From IMG/VR virus record IMGVR_UViG_3300020473_000010, positions 1 through 64,000 of that record: a stretch of DNA of 64,000 nt; one strand, given 5' to 3'. Positions 19,132 to 29,355 of this stretch are shown piece after piece (the first letter of the stretch is position 1; every line of letters starts with the position of its first letter). The position numbers and the translations under genes are program-made. The notes under the pieces were generated by a model. That model was given only the letters and a program-made list of their open reading frames with translations, was not told the DNA's origin and did no database searches.

Positions 19132-19596
19132 TTAACTGTCTTCATCTAACAATTCTAATCCATCTAAATACATTCCACGGATCTTAATTATTTTCCCATC
19201 CCAAAGGAAAAAATTTTCTCCTATTTCGTTTCTAGAAGACCAGATTAATAATGAATTTTTTGGGAGACAATACCAATTACCAGATGCTTCAAAATAGCCA
19301 GTAACAAGATTTGCATACGTATATTTCCTAGTTGTTTGATATACTCCGGCAGCAAGATTTTGTGACCGACGATATCTAACTATTTTCCGGAAAGCAGTTA
19401 ATTGTTCTCCTAATCTACACCATTCTCTATATAAGTCTTTATATTTAGGATCTTTCCAGGCGTTGTTATGGTGGAATTGACCTAATTTAATCCGGATGTT
19501 ATTACGCTTTTTTGCAATCAGTGTTGCGTTTTCTAGTTCAGTTTCTGTTGCAAATTTTAAGATTCTTTTTGTAAGATTAAGCATTGACCACTCCAC
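19132..19596 (-). CDS. Hypothetical protein
   Basis: Open frame within the tightly packed operon. Confidence 0.5.
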   Translation of the reverse strand: MEWSMLNLTKRILKFATETELENATLIAKKRNNIRIKLGQFHHNNAWKDPKYKDLYREWCRLGEQLTAFRKIVRYRRSQNLAAGVYQTTRKYTYANLVTGYFEASGNWYCLPKNSLLIWSSRNEIGENFFLWDGKIIKIRGMYLDGLELLDEDS

Positions 19597-20038
19597 CTCT
19601 TGATTCTATTTTAATTTACCAAAACAAATTTAAATTTACAATTTTATAGAATGGTTTATATGCCATTTAGGCCAGCTCCATCCGGGTTTTATAGTTTCAT
19701 ATTGATCTTCGCGAATTAGGTCTTCGTAATAAAGAGTTTCGAAATTTAATAAATCTACCCAATAATTAGTTTTTCCGGAATCCCCTTGTACTTTAGAAAA
19801 ATCTAATACCAAAGCTATCTCGTTTGTCCCATAAATAAAAATTAAATCACCTATTTTCATTTTCCCACTTCACAAATATCAAAATCCATAAAAATTAATA
19901 TTGTTCCTTTGCAGAGCACGTGAACAAATTCTTTGCCCCCTTCGCCTTTTTGATTAAATCCAACCACCAAACCTATTTCTTTTTCAGATACTCCGGGTGA
20001 TCCAAACGGCCAGCACCACACAATATCTCCGATTCTCA

Positions 20039-20248
20039 TTACTCCCACCATTTCTCAAAAAAATAATGAACAATTGTCATTGTAAACCCAATCACGACAG
20101 TTAATTCGAGAGATCTTGTGATATTACCAAGGTAAAGGTACGTTATTCCCCAACCACAAAAAGTAGATAAGATTCTCCATACAATTACTTTTTTCATTTT
20201 ATCATTCATTATTTGTCCTTTGCATTTTTTTACAGAATTTCTTAATCC
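20039..20248 (-). CDS. DUF2061-like small membrane protein
   Basis: KVIVWRILST..ITYLYLG..TIVHYFFEKWW. Confidence 0.7.
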   Translation of the reverse strand, partial: GLRNSVKKCKGQIMNDKMKKVIVWRILSTFCGWGITYLYLGNITRSLELTVVIGFTMTIVHYFFEKWWE

Positions 20249-20513
20249 ACATTTCACAATTATCTTCTGTGAATACAATTACTTTTTCTATTTTTTTCGT
20301 ATACCCAGAGTTAAACTCAATATGAAATCCAACAATTAAACCAATCATGGGATTAATTTGCTCAGATCCGTATCCTTTATATTTAACAATTAGATCTCCG
20401 ATTTGCATATATGGATTCCTTCAAAATATTTGATTTATTTGTACAAAATGTTTTAGTATTAGTATAGTCGCGGCATATATAGTTAGACTTATTAAGCTGA
20501 AACGGAGGCTACA

Positions 20514-20714
20514 ATGGAAGATTATATCCCAGGCGAATTCGGACCAGATGATGATACTGAAGAATTACCACCCAGAGAATATCGAAAAGCTTATGAAGAG
20601 TCTAGAATAAAATTGGATTTAGATTTCCCAGATTCTGATTTATTTAAAGAAGATGAAATATCTTTGAGAGATATGTTTCCTATTACTTCTAAAGCAGAAG
20701 CTCTAGCATCATAA
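20514..20714 (+). CDS. Acidic hypothetical protein, lone plus-strand gene
   Basis: RBS GGAGG; upstream TGTACA-17-TATAGT promoter. Confidence 0.6.
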   Translation: MEDYIPGEFGPDDDTEELPPREYRKAYEESRIKLDLDFPDSDLFKEDEISLRDMFPITSKAEALAS

Positions 20715-21897
20715 TATCCAGCAGGAAATAAAACCTCATACCATGGGTTGTTTTTTTCCCATGGGGCTGGATCATAAATACCTACTATGGTACCAATTTG
20801 GTTGAAAAACCTGTTGTCTTTCGGGCCGGGGTTTTTAATAATTAAAGACATATCATTTTTGATAACTTTGACCAGGTCACCCAATTTCATCGAAAACTCC
20901 AGCGTGCCAAAAAGGCACTTCGAATATCTCTCCTTCACTAAAGACCAATATTCTATCAGACCATTCATCGGAAATGAGACCGATTATTAAACCCACATTT
21001 TCTTCATTGGGCCAGTGATATATCATGTCACCTATCTTCATCTTTTTTTCCTGCTTTTTGTATGCCGTCTGCTCTGACTCGAAATATTTTCCCTCGATAT
21101 AAAATCGTTCCTATCTTTTCCCACGTATGGTATTCTATTAAAAGACCTATCCTCCATTTTCCATCTTGAGAGTAAGGAGGATTATCTGTCTTGCCGGCGC
21201 CGATGTTTTTAAAACGAACTAAGTCACCTGTTTTCATGATGCAAGCCTTATTGCTGCAGAGGTATATTGACCTATTATTCCTCCTTGCATAAAGACTTTA
21301 TATCTTCGTAAGCCTATAGGGTGAGGATAAGGCGGGAGTTCTTCGATAATTATTCCATATATTGGTTTTAAATCTAAGCTTCCCAATACTTTAATTAAAT
21401 CGCCTACTTCCATTAACTACCTCAAAACGCCAATAAGGCTTATCAAATGTTACAATTTTTCCATTCCATAGAAATTCAAACAATTTAGGGTCCATTTTTC
21501 TAATTTTCCCTCTTGAACCAATTCCTAAATAAATTCCAAGCCCAATAGATTTTCCATCTTTGGGATAAAAAACATTGACAAGGTCACCGATTTTCATATG
21601 GTCACCCTAAAAGGCGGCCAATAAACAAAGTAAGCCATGTACATAGTGCCAGCATTGTTATAAAGCTACAACCAAAAATTAATAATCTTCTTTTTTCCAT
21701 CCTTTAAATACCCTCCATTGGTCTTTCCAGTCTTGTCTTCCATCAGTAAATAAAACCATCTCTCTATCTATGATTTCATGGCTGTATGGATTTAAAAAAT
21801 CAAGGCTAGAGATAAAGGCACATGCCATCCGGATTCTATATCCATTTGGTTTTGCACCTATATGTACGATTAAATCCCCTATATTCATTTGCATCTC

Positions 21898-22890
21898 CTA
21901 GATAGTCTGCGGATTATCGGAAAAGAATAAATCTATATTATGTTTTCTTTCGAAGATGTTTTTCAAATATATTTTGATATCGTCTTCACCATCAAATTCT
22001 ATTAAGTTATACTCGGGCTCAATAACTTTCCAAACTCCGACTTCTCTTAAAATATCCATTTTATTAAAAACTAGTTTATTAACCCCGTTTGCTACTACTG
22101 CTTTTTGGAGTTGCTGAATATCAATCCAATTACACTGTCGTGGGCGACCAGTTGTTGCTCCATACTCATTTCCAATAGCTTGAATTGTTTTAAATATTTT
22201 TTTAGGAGGTTGAAAATATTTGTTTCCAACATATGTTTCATAGATTTTAGACACACCCCAAATATCTCTAAGGTGCCGCGGGGAGATTCCGTTTTGAAGG
22301 ACAGCAGCTATACCGCAATTGCTTGAGGTAACATATGGATAATCACCCCAGTCAATATCCAAACTATAGCCTTGAGCACCTTCCATCAAAATAGTTGGAT
22401 TACAAAGATGAAATTCTTCCATAGTGTTTATTAAAAATGGCTGGAGTTTTGAAATATCTTCTGCACGTACTCCAGATCGATTATATTTTTTTCTATATGT
22501 TGGTCCATTGCCAGTCCGGGTTGTGCCAATTCTAGTATCAGTAGAGTCTTCTTCTAAACTTTCGCGAGTAATAATATGAGCATTATGAGCAATCTTAAGA
22601 TTTTTCCTTACTTCAACACCGGCGGATTCTAAATTGTTTATTTCTTTGAAAAGCTTATCAACATCAATAACACATCCTGAACCAATAATAGAAGTTATTC
22701 CATGGAAAACTCCGCTTGGAATAGAATGAGTAACATGCTTCTGTCCATTGTGGAATATCGTATGTCCTGCGTTACAACCTCCGTTGAATCTCATACAATG
22801 AGTATATTCTCCACTTTTCAATAGATGGTGTGTGATTTTTCCTTTTCCTTCATCACCATGCCCCATTCCTAATACTGCGTCAACAATCAT
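21898..22890 (-). CDS. purA: Adenylosuccinate synthetase (short form)
   Basis: GDEGKGK, GGCNAGHT, MEGAQG, YPYVTSS, EYGATTGRPR, NKMD. Confidence 0.93.
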   Translation of the reverse strand: MIVDAVLGMGHGDEGKGKITHHLLKSGEYTHCMRFNGGCNAGHTIFHNGQKHVTHSIPSGVFHGITSIIGSGCVIDVDKLFKEINNLESAGVEVRKNLKIAHNAHIITRESLEEDSTDTRIGTTRTGNGPTYRKKYNRSGVRAEDISKLQPFLINTMEEFHLCNPTILMEGAQGYSLDIDWGDYPYVTSSNCGIAAVLQNGISPRHLRDIWGVSKIYETYVGNKYFQPPKKIFKTIQAIGNEYGATTGRPRQCNWIDIQQLQKAVVANGVNKLVFNKMDILREVGVWKVIEPEYNLIEFDGEDDIKIYLKNIFERKHNIDLFFSDNPQTI

Positions 22891-25800
22891 TCGACTCTCC
22901 GATTTTATCAATGTTATGCAAGTTTTCTAATCTTATAAGTTTTATTCCAATATCTAAAAGAACATATGCGCCAACACAATGGTTGCCAGTCTGTACTTCG
23001 ATAACAACACCACTTCTACCATTATACACCCAATCATCACACTTTACAAGGTCGCCTACTTTCATTTTACGTAAAGGTTCCACCCCAGCGGAACAATATA
23101 TGATAGATTTAAGCCTTCATATTTTATTAGGTCTCCATTACCCCACTGAATCATTACTCCTCCTTCGGGTAAAAGAGTTGTTATTAATCCACGAGAACGT
23201 TGAGGATCTGTTGAGTGTTTAACCATATCACCGACTTTCATTGATTACCTCGAGGTTGTGAGTTTGCTGTGAGGGAGAAAAACAACAACCTGAATGCCAT
23301 ATTACTTCCACGCGATTGGTACTCAATATCTCAGAAATAATCCCTATTGCTTTTTTAGCATTCCAACGCCTTACTAAATCACCTACTTTCATTTACCACC
23401 TCAACAATAGTTTCTTGACTAATTTCAAACTCTCCGTCGACAAAGAGAACAAGTGGGTCTCCGTTCACTTCTCCGACGCCAGTCACAATGCCAATTTCTC
23501 CATCACACCATTTTATTAGGTCACCGACTTTCACTTATAATCTCCGCTTTGTCAAAATCAAAACCTTGGATGGTAATCCATTCTCCTTGGCCATAAGTAA
23601 TATACCCAGGGGATCCCGGCTTATATTTTGGATCAGTAGCGACAATAATACAGCTTATGGATTTTGGAGCCCAAAATTTTATGACTGTTGCTAGTCCATA
23701 TTCCGTTTTAATTAATTGGCCAATCTTTACATCAAGGGCTTTCATTTTGCCCCCATAAAGTAAATTGGTGGGGGGGAATGAATTCTAATCATTCCGTTAC
23801 CCCACAAAATTTCATACCAATCTTCACTTCTTCCAACAATTATCCCATGCAAACCAACAACGTCGGCGGCAAATCCAATTACCAAATCACCCAATTTCAT
23901 TTATTATCTCCAATTCACCAACTTCCAAAACCATACGTTCCCCATCACATGGCCAACATACTTCTACCTTTGCTACTTCGCCAGTTTCGTTCCAATCTAC
24001 AATAGCTACAACAAGCCCGATCGGGTCATGATCATAAAATTGTTCTTCATCAAGTTTTACCATATCACCGACTTTCATTGATTACCTCAAATCGATCAAC
24101 TCGTTGATCATAAACAATTGTTCCATCATGAAATAATACATCTATAGTTGCTACTCCTAAATCATAACATACAGCTAAAACTATCCCTCCCAGACATTCA
24201 TGACTCTCTCCGTGAAAACTTTTTACCAAATCACCTACTTTCATGGTATACCTCGAGATTACTTTTAAGCGCACTAATTGTTTTTCCATCATCCATAAAT
24301 ACAATCTTTACACAACCCAAATGCTCTGGAATATATACGATGGTTGCCCATCTATTTGAGTCTAAACAATGCTGTTTTAATCTACACAAATCACCGACTT
24401 TCATATAACACCACTAAATCAGAACCAAACTCCCATGACAGTTCTCCATTGTGTTGCAGTAGAATTAAGAACTCCGTATAGTTTTCACCCCAATCCGCAT
24501 GGTTCCCAGTCCAATGGCTCCTGGTTTCTAGAATAATCCCTGCCGGGCGCACAAAGTGCAGATCGTCATCTTCGTGATCTGCCCATACTACATAATCACC
24601 TACTTTCATTAATCACCATCAAATGTTCCTCGGGGACAAGATGTTCCCAGTCTACATCGACATATCCTCCGACAACTGAAGCATCGATGCGAGTCACTAA
24701 CCCTATTTCTCCTGTATATATATTTTGTACTAAATCGCCTATTTTCATTTTACTACTTCAAGTTTGTGAAAATAATACATTCTTGTTTTTTTGAGATGAT
24801 TCCAATAAACTATTGCTACATCCAATATTATCTCAACAATAAGCCCAGTAGCGGCTCTATCACAATGTTTTATTTTTACTAAATTACCGACTTTCACTTA
24901 CTACCTCCAAAGTTTCAGGATAAAGCCAGTTTCCAAAAGTACCATTTGGCCAAGATACATCATATCTATTTTTTCCACGAACTTCATGGATTTTAACAAT
25001 TATTCCTATACAACCATCAACACTTAGTTCTTTTCGAAATCCTTCAAATCCAATAAATTTAACAGCATCACCTACTTTCATTACAACCTCCTTAGTTCTA
25101 TCCAGCTCCAGATAAAACCACAAAATAAAACAGCCATTCCAAAAAGGGCCAAATCAGTAAAAACAATCATGAACACACCGGATCTACAACAGGAATAGCC
25201 TTAATGTTATCAGTAGAAGGAACATTAAAATAACGTTGATAGATTTCAACGGCCTCTTGACGAGTTTCAGCAAAGATATATTCGTTCCCTTCTCTATATC
25301 CATCTTTACTTAAAAAATATACCATCCATTTTTTCATTTTTTCTCCTTAGCCGAATTTTTTTCCAGCCGTTTTTTCGACCCATTTTTTTTCAGGGTGTTC
25401 ATTATTCATAGTATTTCAACCCCATCACGGATGATAACAAACTCATCTCTTAGGTTGTGTATGTTTGTTGGGGGATATCCATAGGTTTGGTTATAGTCTC
25501 GAGGGGGAGGGCCATGCCAGTGGATTTTCACACTGCTGTCGCAGTGCTCAACCACTAGCCCCATCCCCTCCTGTTTGCCAGACCTTGACCGCTTAATTAT
25601 TAGGTCACCCGTACAGGGAAGACGCTTACTTATAAGAGCCCAATATCCAAGATTACGATCGCTCACTTATCACCTCATACTGTTCTTCAGATACAATAAG
25701 TCTATCCATATCATTATTGTCTAACAATATCGATATTTCGTAAAGCATAGCACCAATGTCGGTATCAAAATCTATATTGTGAATTTCCATTATAGTTCCT

Positions 25801-26061
25801 CGAAGCTTATGATCATGCTTGTCATTCTTTGGAGGAAATGTCCAAAAGTTAATCTCAATCACATCCCCGGTATTCATTGGTTTCATTCTTTTTATAATCC
25901 TTAAATCTTTATAATCTATCCAGCGGCATTTAACGCCTTGATCATTACTCATATCAATGAGCACTCCGGAGTTTCTCTTGTGAAAGCCCACAACTTTCCC
26001 AGTCCAAAGCCTCCGGATGTGCTTAACCAGGTCACCAAGTTGCATGCCAAATCTAGCCAAA

Positions 26062-26310
26062 TCAGTCCCACCCCATAAGGTTACGAACTGCTTGAAAGAA
26101 ACGATCAGGATATCCGGGATAATGCTCACTCCGAATAGTACCTTCACCAGGGAGCCCAGAACCAGCTGTGCCTCCATCTCCGCCTTCAGCCATATCAGCA
26201 TATTGCCCTTTTACTTCGCGGAGCATGGAAGAATAAGGGTTTTGTTCCCTCATGATAATATAATACTCAACGGTATTCCGAATCTTTTCTTGTAGTATTT
26301 CTTCGTTCAT
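26062..26310 (-). CDS. Hypothetical protein
   Basis: RBS AAGGAG; ends R.HYPGYPD.FF. Confidence 0.6.
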   Translation of the reverse strand: MNEEILQEKIRNTVEYYIIMREQNPYSSMLREVKGQYADMAEGGDGGTAGSGLPGEGTIRSEHYPGYPDRFFQAVRNLMGWD

Positions 26311-26533
26311 TTTTTCTCCTTTGTTTCTTTAATATAAACAGCATGCATTGCCTCCAAAAAGACATAAACATAAAGACCGAGTATAAGAAGTCCTATAATA
26401 CCCATTTTTTATCCTATAAGATAGATTGTAAAGAGAGGACCGATTAGAAGGCCGGCAATAAGTCCGGCCATAATCACAAAAGCACGTTGTTCAGAGAGAG
26501 ACATTTTTTTTCCATGTTTAAGATTGTATATAC

Positions 26534-26562
26534 AATTTAACTAGTTGGTGGAGTTGTTGCAC
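26534..26562 (-). promoter_or_regulatory. Phage promoter, GTG-17-TAAATT class
   Basis: GTGCAA-17-TAAATT. Confidence 0.5.
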
Positions 26563-26652
26563 GCTTTTTAAGGTGATATTTAATAAGAGCAATTCTAAGT
26601 TCTTCAATCCACCATTTGTCAGCTTTAGGATTAACTAAACTATCATTAAGAC

Positions 26653-26964
26653 TCATGGAACACCACCATGGTCTTTAATGAACTTTACAAGGCCAACTTG
26701 ATTAGTTTGCTTTTTCTTAATAGTTGAAACAAAGACCTTAGCGCCATCCATACGATAGATGTACAGAGATGCTTGACAGGGCTTCTTGTTGCCCACTACG
26801 TTCACTGTACGATTACAATCAAATTGAATACGATAGAGGGGCGCAGAGGGGCCAAAAGACTTTGAAGCAATTGTTGCGGCAAGGCCAAGGCGACGGATTT
26901 GTTTTTGAGAAAGCTTCTCTTTTGACATTGCTTCGGTTACGTGTTCTGAAATGATTACTGGCAT
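26653..26964 (-). CDS. Hypothetical protein
   Basis: RBS AAGGAG upstream; in operon. Confidence 0.55.
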   Translation of the reverse strand: MPVIISEHVTEAMSKEKLSQKQIRRLGLAATIASKSFGPSAPLYRIQFDCNRTVNVVGNKKPCQASLYIYRMDGAKVFVSTIKKKQTNQVGLVKFIKDHGGVP

Positions 26965-27131
26965 GGTTCTTCTCCTTTAGTTTCTTTAATATATTTAAGC
27001 GCTTCTTCACGTGAATTCACGGGGATTGACATTCCTTCACCGACTACATAATAACCATCGGTGAGACGTAGAACACGAAGAGGTCCTGAAGTATCGATAG
27101 TAACACCATCACTAAATCTTAGTTTTGACAT
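26955..27131 (-). CDS. Small phage hypothetical protein (58 aa, not in track)
   Basis: MSKLRFSDGVTIDTSGPLRVLRLTDGYYVVGEG; RBS AGGAG. Confidence 0.6.
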   Translation of the reverse strand: MSKLRFSDGVTIDTSGPLRVLRLTDGYYVVGEGMSIPVNSREEALKYIKETKGEEPCQ

Positions 27132-27308
27132 TAGATTTCTCCTGTTTTTTTGATTTTTTTGATTTTTTGAATCAATGAGTTTGCAGATACAAAAGCATCT
27201 GTGTAGATAGGGGTTTTAAGACCAAATACATATAAGGCCAGCTTCCCTTTAAGGTTATTTGGGGTTTCTGCAATCATGATGATATGCTCAACATTAATAT
27301 ATTTTTCA

Positions 27309-27509
27309 TCAATCTTTAGATACATTATTGTCCTCCGGTCTAGTTACATAGCCATTCTCTATAAGAGACATTGCAGTGCGCCCATAGTGACCTTGCAGGG
27401 TCCAGGCCTGACCTGTATTTACGAGAGTCTGAAAGAAAACAATGACTTCTTCGAAGTTCATGTTGCCTTCTTCATATTTGATAATATCTTCAACAGATAC
27501 AATATTCAT
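27309..27509 (-). CDS. Conserved small phage protein
   Basis: YEEG..FQ.LV.TG.AW.LQGHYGRTA.LIE.G pattern. Confidence 0.7.
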   Translation of the reverse strand: MNIVSVEDIIKYEEGNMNFEEVIVFFQTLVNTGQAWTLQGHYGRTAMSLIENGYVTRPEDNNVSKD

Positions 27510-27726
27510 AGTTTTTTCCTTTATACCCATATTGAGAGTATTTGCCCTTTGGAATGAGAATTTTCCTCCGGGAATTTTTTGGTTTTTTGAGGCTTTGGTA
27601 GAGAAACGCGTTTACCTTTTTTGTGTTGTTCTGGATGTTCATAGGTGCCATCTGGAGATTTCTCTATAGGATAAACCTTGCGGGTTTTATTTAGGTGGTA
27701 CCACAAATGTCTAAAATATGCTGTAA

Positions 27727-27927
27727 TCATTGGTTAACTCTCCCGATGGCCCATTCTTGTACACGTGACGTTGTATTATCTTGCCAATAAACTGTATATT
27801 CTATCAATCCTTTCCAACCATCCTCTCCATCACTATGATTAATATCAATAATGACACCTCTGAGGGTTTCTCCTGGATCCCAATTTCCTTTGGTATACAC
27901 TAGGTCTCCCTTTATAAAAGATGGCAT
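27727..27927 (-). CDS. SH3/KOW-like miniprotein
   Basis: FIKGDLV..GVII..YTVYWQD. Confidence 0.6.
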   Translation of the reverse strand: MPSFIKGDLVYTKGNWDPGETLRGVIIDINHSDGEDGWKGLIEYTVYWQDNTTSRVQEWAIGRVNQ

Positions 27928-28319
27928 TATCCAACACTCGTAAAAAGACCACGTGTTGCGGTTGAGAGTGCTAGATAGTATCTGTCATTATCGTTAGTAG
28001 TCTTAAAGACTGGAAACTTATCTGTGCGATTAACCCAAAGGCTCATGTGGTCACCATTCCAAAGAGGGTTAGGGTGTGCATTGGCCATTGCCGCGGTTTT
28101 ATACGTGTGGCCCCAAATCCCTGTTGTTTCCCAATTGGGTGACATGTTTCCTTTAAATGCTTTTCGCGAAATGACATATTCTCCGGGTGGGTATACCCCA
28201 AGTTTAATCATGGCTTCCAAAGCACCTCTTGCTTCATGCACCTTTTCAAGTACATGGAGGGGGGCGTCTGATGATAGATTTTTGCAAATCTTAACGTTTG
28301 TTTCTGTTGTATGTGACAT
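27927..28319 (-). CDS. Hypothetical protein
   Basis: RBS AGGAG; in operon. Confidence 0.55.
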   Translation of the reverse strand: MSHTTETNVKICKNLSSDAPLHVLEKVHEARGALEAMIKLGVYPPGEYVISRKAFKGNMSPNWETTGIWGHTYKTAAMANAHPNPLWNGDHMSLWVNRTDKFPVFKTTNDNDRYYLALSTATRGLFTSVG

Positions 28320-28320
28320 G

Positions 28321-28596
28321 CTATGCTCCTTTTACAATGTATGTCTTGCCAATTGGCGTTAGTTTATATCCTGATTTTTTATTATTTGGATTTGTTTTCT
28401 TCCAAAGCATTGGATTATATGAAGGTCCATTTGAAGGGTATTGTGTGAAATATCTTGAGTATTGTCCTCCAATTCTGACAATCTCAAATGCGCTGAACCC
28501 TTTCCAAAGCATTAGATTTCTAATAATTTCTGAGTATTTTGCGCCTGGGTTTTTGTCTATATATGTTGCTATAAACTGTAGGTTATTCATGTTCAT
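28321..28596 (-). CDS. Hypothetical protein, possible winged-helix
   Basis: C-terminal GYKLTPIGKTYI wing-like motif. Confidence 0.5.
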   Translation of the reverse strand: MNMNNLQFIATYIDKNPGAKYSEIIRNLMLWKGFSAFEIVRIGGQYSRYFTQYPSNGPSYNPMLWKKTNPNNKKSGYKLTPIGKTYIVKGA

Positions 28597-28925
28597 TCCT
28601 ATTAATCATAGTGTAAAGTGAGTTGGTTTTGAAAAATTATTCCGGAAAAAAATTTAGAGGTTTGGCCGGCCGGGCTCCCAGAGGTTGCCTCTGAGTATGT
28701 CCTAGGGGGCACTGAGAGGGGCCTTTTTGGGTCATATTTGGGCCCTAATTGGGGGCCCCTCTGGATGGACTATAGGGCTAGGGGGCGCTGGTCCGTACTG
28801 ACACTTAGGCCTACTGGTGGGCCCCTCTCTACTGTAGTACTCTCTCACTGCTTACCTCCCTCTCTGCTTCTCTTACTTACCGCGAGTGAAACAATTTGTT
28901 TCTGTTTTTGTTTCATTGCCGGAAG

Positions 28926-28945
28926 TGAAACATTTGAAACATTCA
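28926..28945. repeat. 20-nt direct repeat copy 1, TGAAACATTTGAAACATTCA
   Basis: Exact copy at 30630-30649; lies in a cluster of GAAACA/TGTTTC motifs. Confidence 0.85.
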
Positions 28946-28995
28946 TGTTACTGTTTGTTTCACCGGCGCCGACTGTAACATTGTATGCACTCATG

Positions 28996-29265
28996 TTACA
29001 CCGGTTCAATCATAGTCATTGGTACAGTCCAGTTCCGGAAAGCTCCGGTGTCGACGATACAGCGAGTGCGGTTGATCTTCACAATGGTACCAGACCTACG
29101 GCCATGATCAAAGGTGACACGCATACCAATATGCAGGCTTCGCTTCTTCTCCGCGATAGTTTTCTTACGCTTGCCATTGAGGATACCATAAGCGGCTTGA
29201 TTGATCATGCGGACTTCGCTATCGCTCATTCCATATAGTGAGTTGATTATTTCTTTGGCAGTCAT
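28996..29265 (-). CDS. Small phage protein with C-terminal SH3/KOW-like domain
   Basis: LHIGMRVTF..GTIVKINRTRCIV; RBS AGGAG. Confidence 0.65.
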   Translation of the reverse strand: MTAKEIINSLYGMSDSEVRMINQAAYGILNGKRKKTIAEKKRSLHIGMRVTFDHGRRSGTIVKINRTRCIVDTGAFRNWTVPMTMIEPV

Positions 29266-29355
29266 TTGTGCTCCTAAGCTATTGATTTTATTAGACTTTT
29301 TAAAAGGGAGGCGGTTTTGTTTTTCCGGGTACCCGCCAAACCGGGAGTAATCGTT

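Larger units (their letters stand above)
18912..26045 (-). repeat. Tandem array of about 24 paralogous SH3/KOW-like miniprotein genes (M-K-[VI]-G-D-L-V)
   Basis: ORFs 18912, 19636, 19857, 20202, 20591, 21028, 21391, 21679, 22880, 23521, 23887, 24065, 24391, 24884, 25406, 25653, plus unlisted 21234-21413, 23062-23241, 23228-23392, 23379-23534, 23742-23900, 24231-24404, 24596-24748, 24745-24897. Confidence 0.85.

Noticed and set aside
21898-22890. PurZ (2-aminoadenine genome pathway)
   Set aside because: Keeps canonical PurA GDEGKGK (catalytic Asp) and the GATTGRPR loop, not the PurZ GSTGKG signature
23228-24897. Integron attC cassette array
   Set aside because: Junctions are not imperfect palindromes with RYYYAAC/GTTRRRY ends, and no integrase is present; they are explained by RBS/start/stop overlap
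26819-27010. 63-aa minus-strand ORF
   Set aside because: Overlaps two better-supported genes with RBSs (26653-26964 and 26955-27131)
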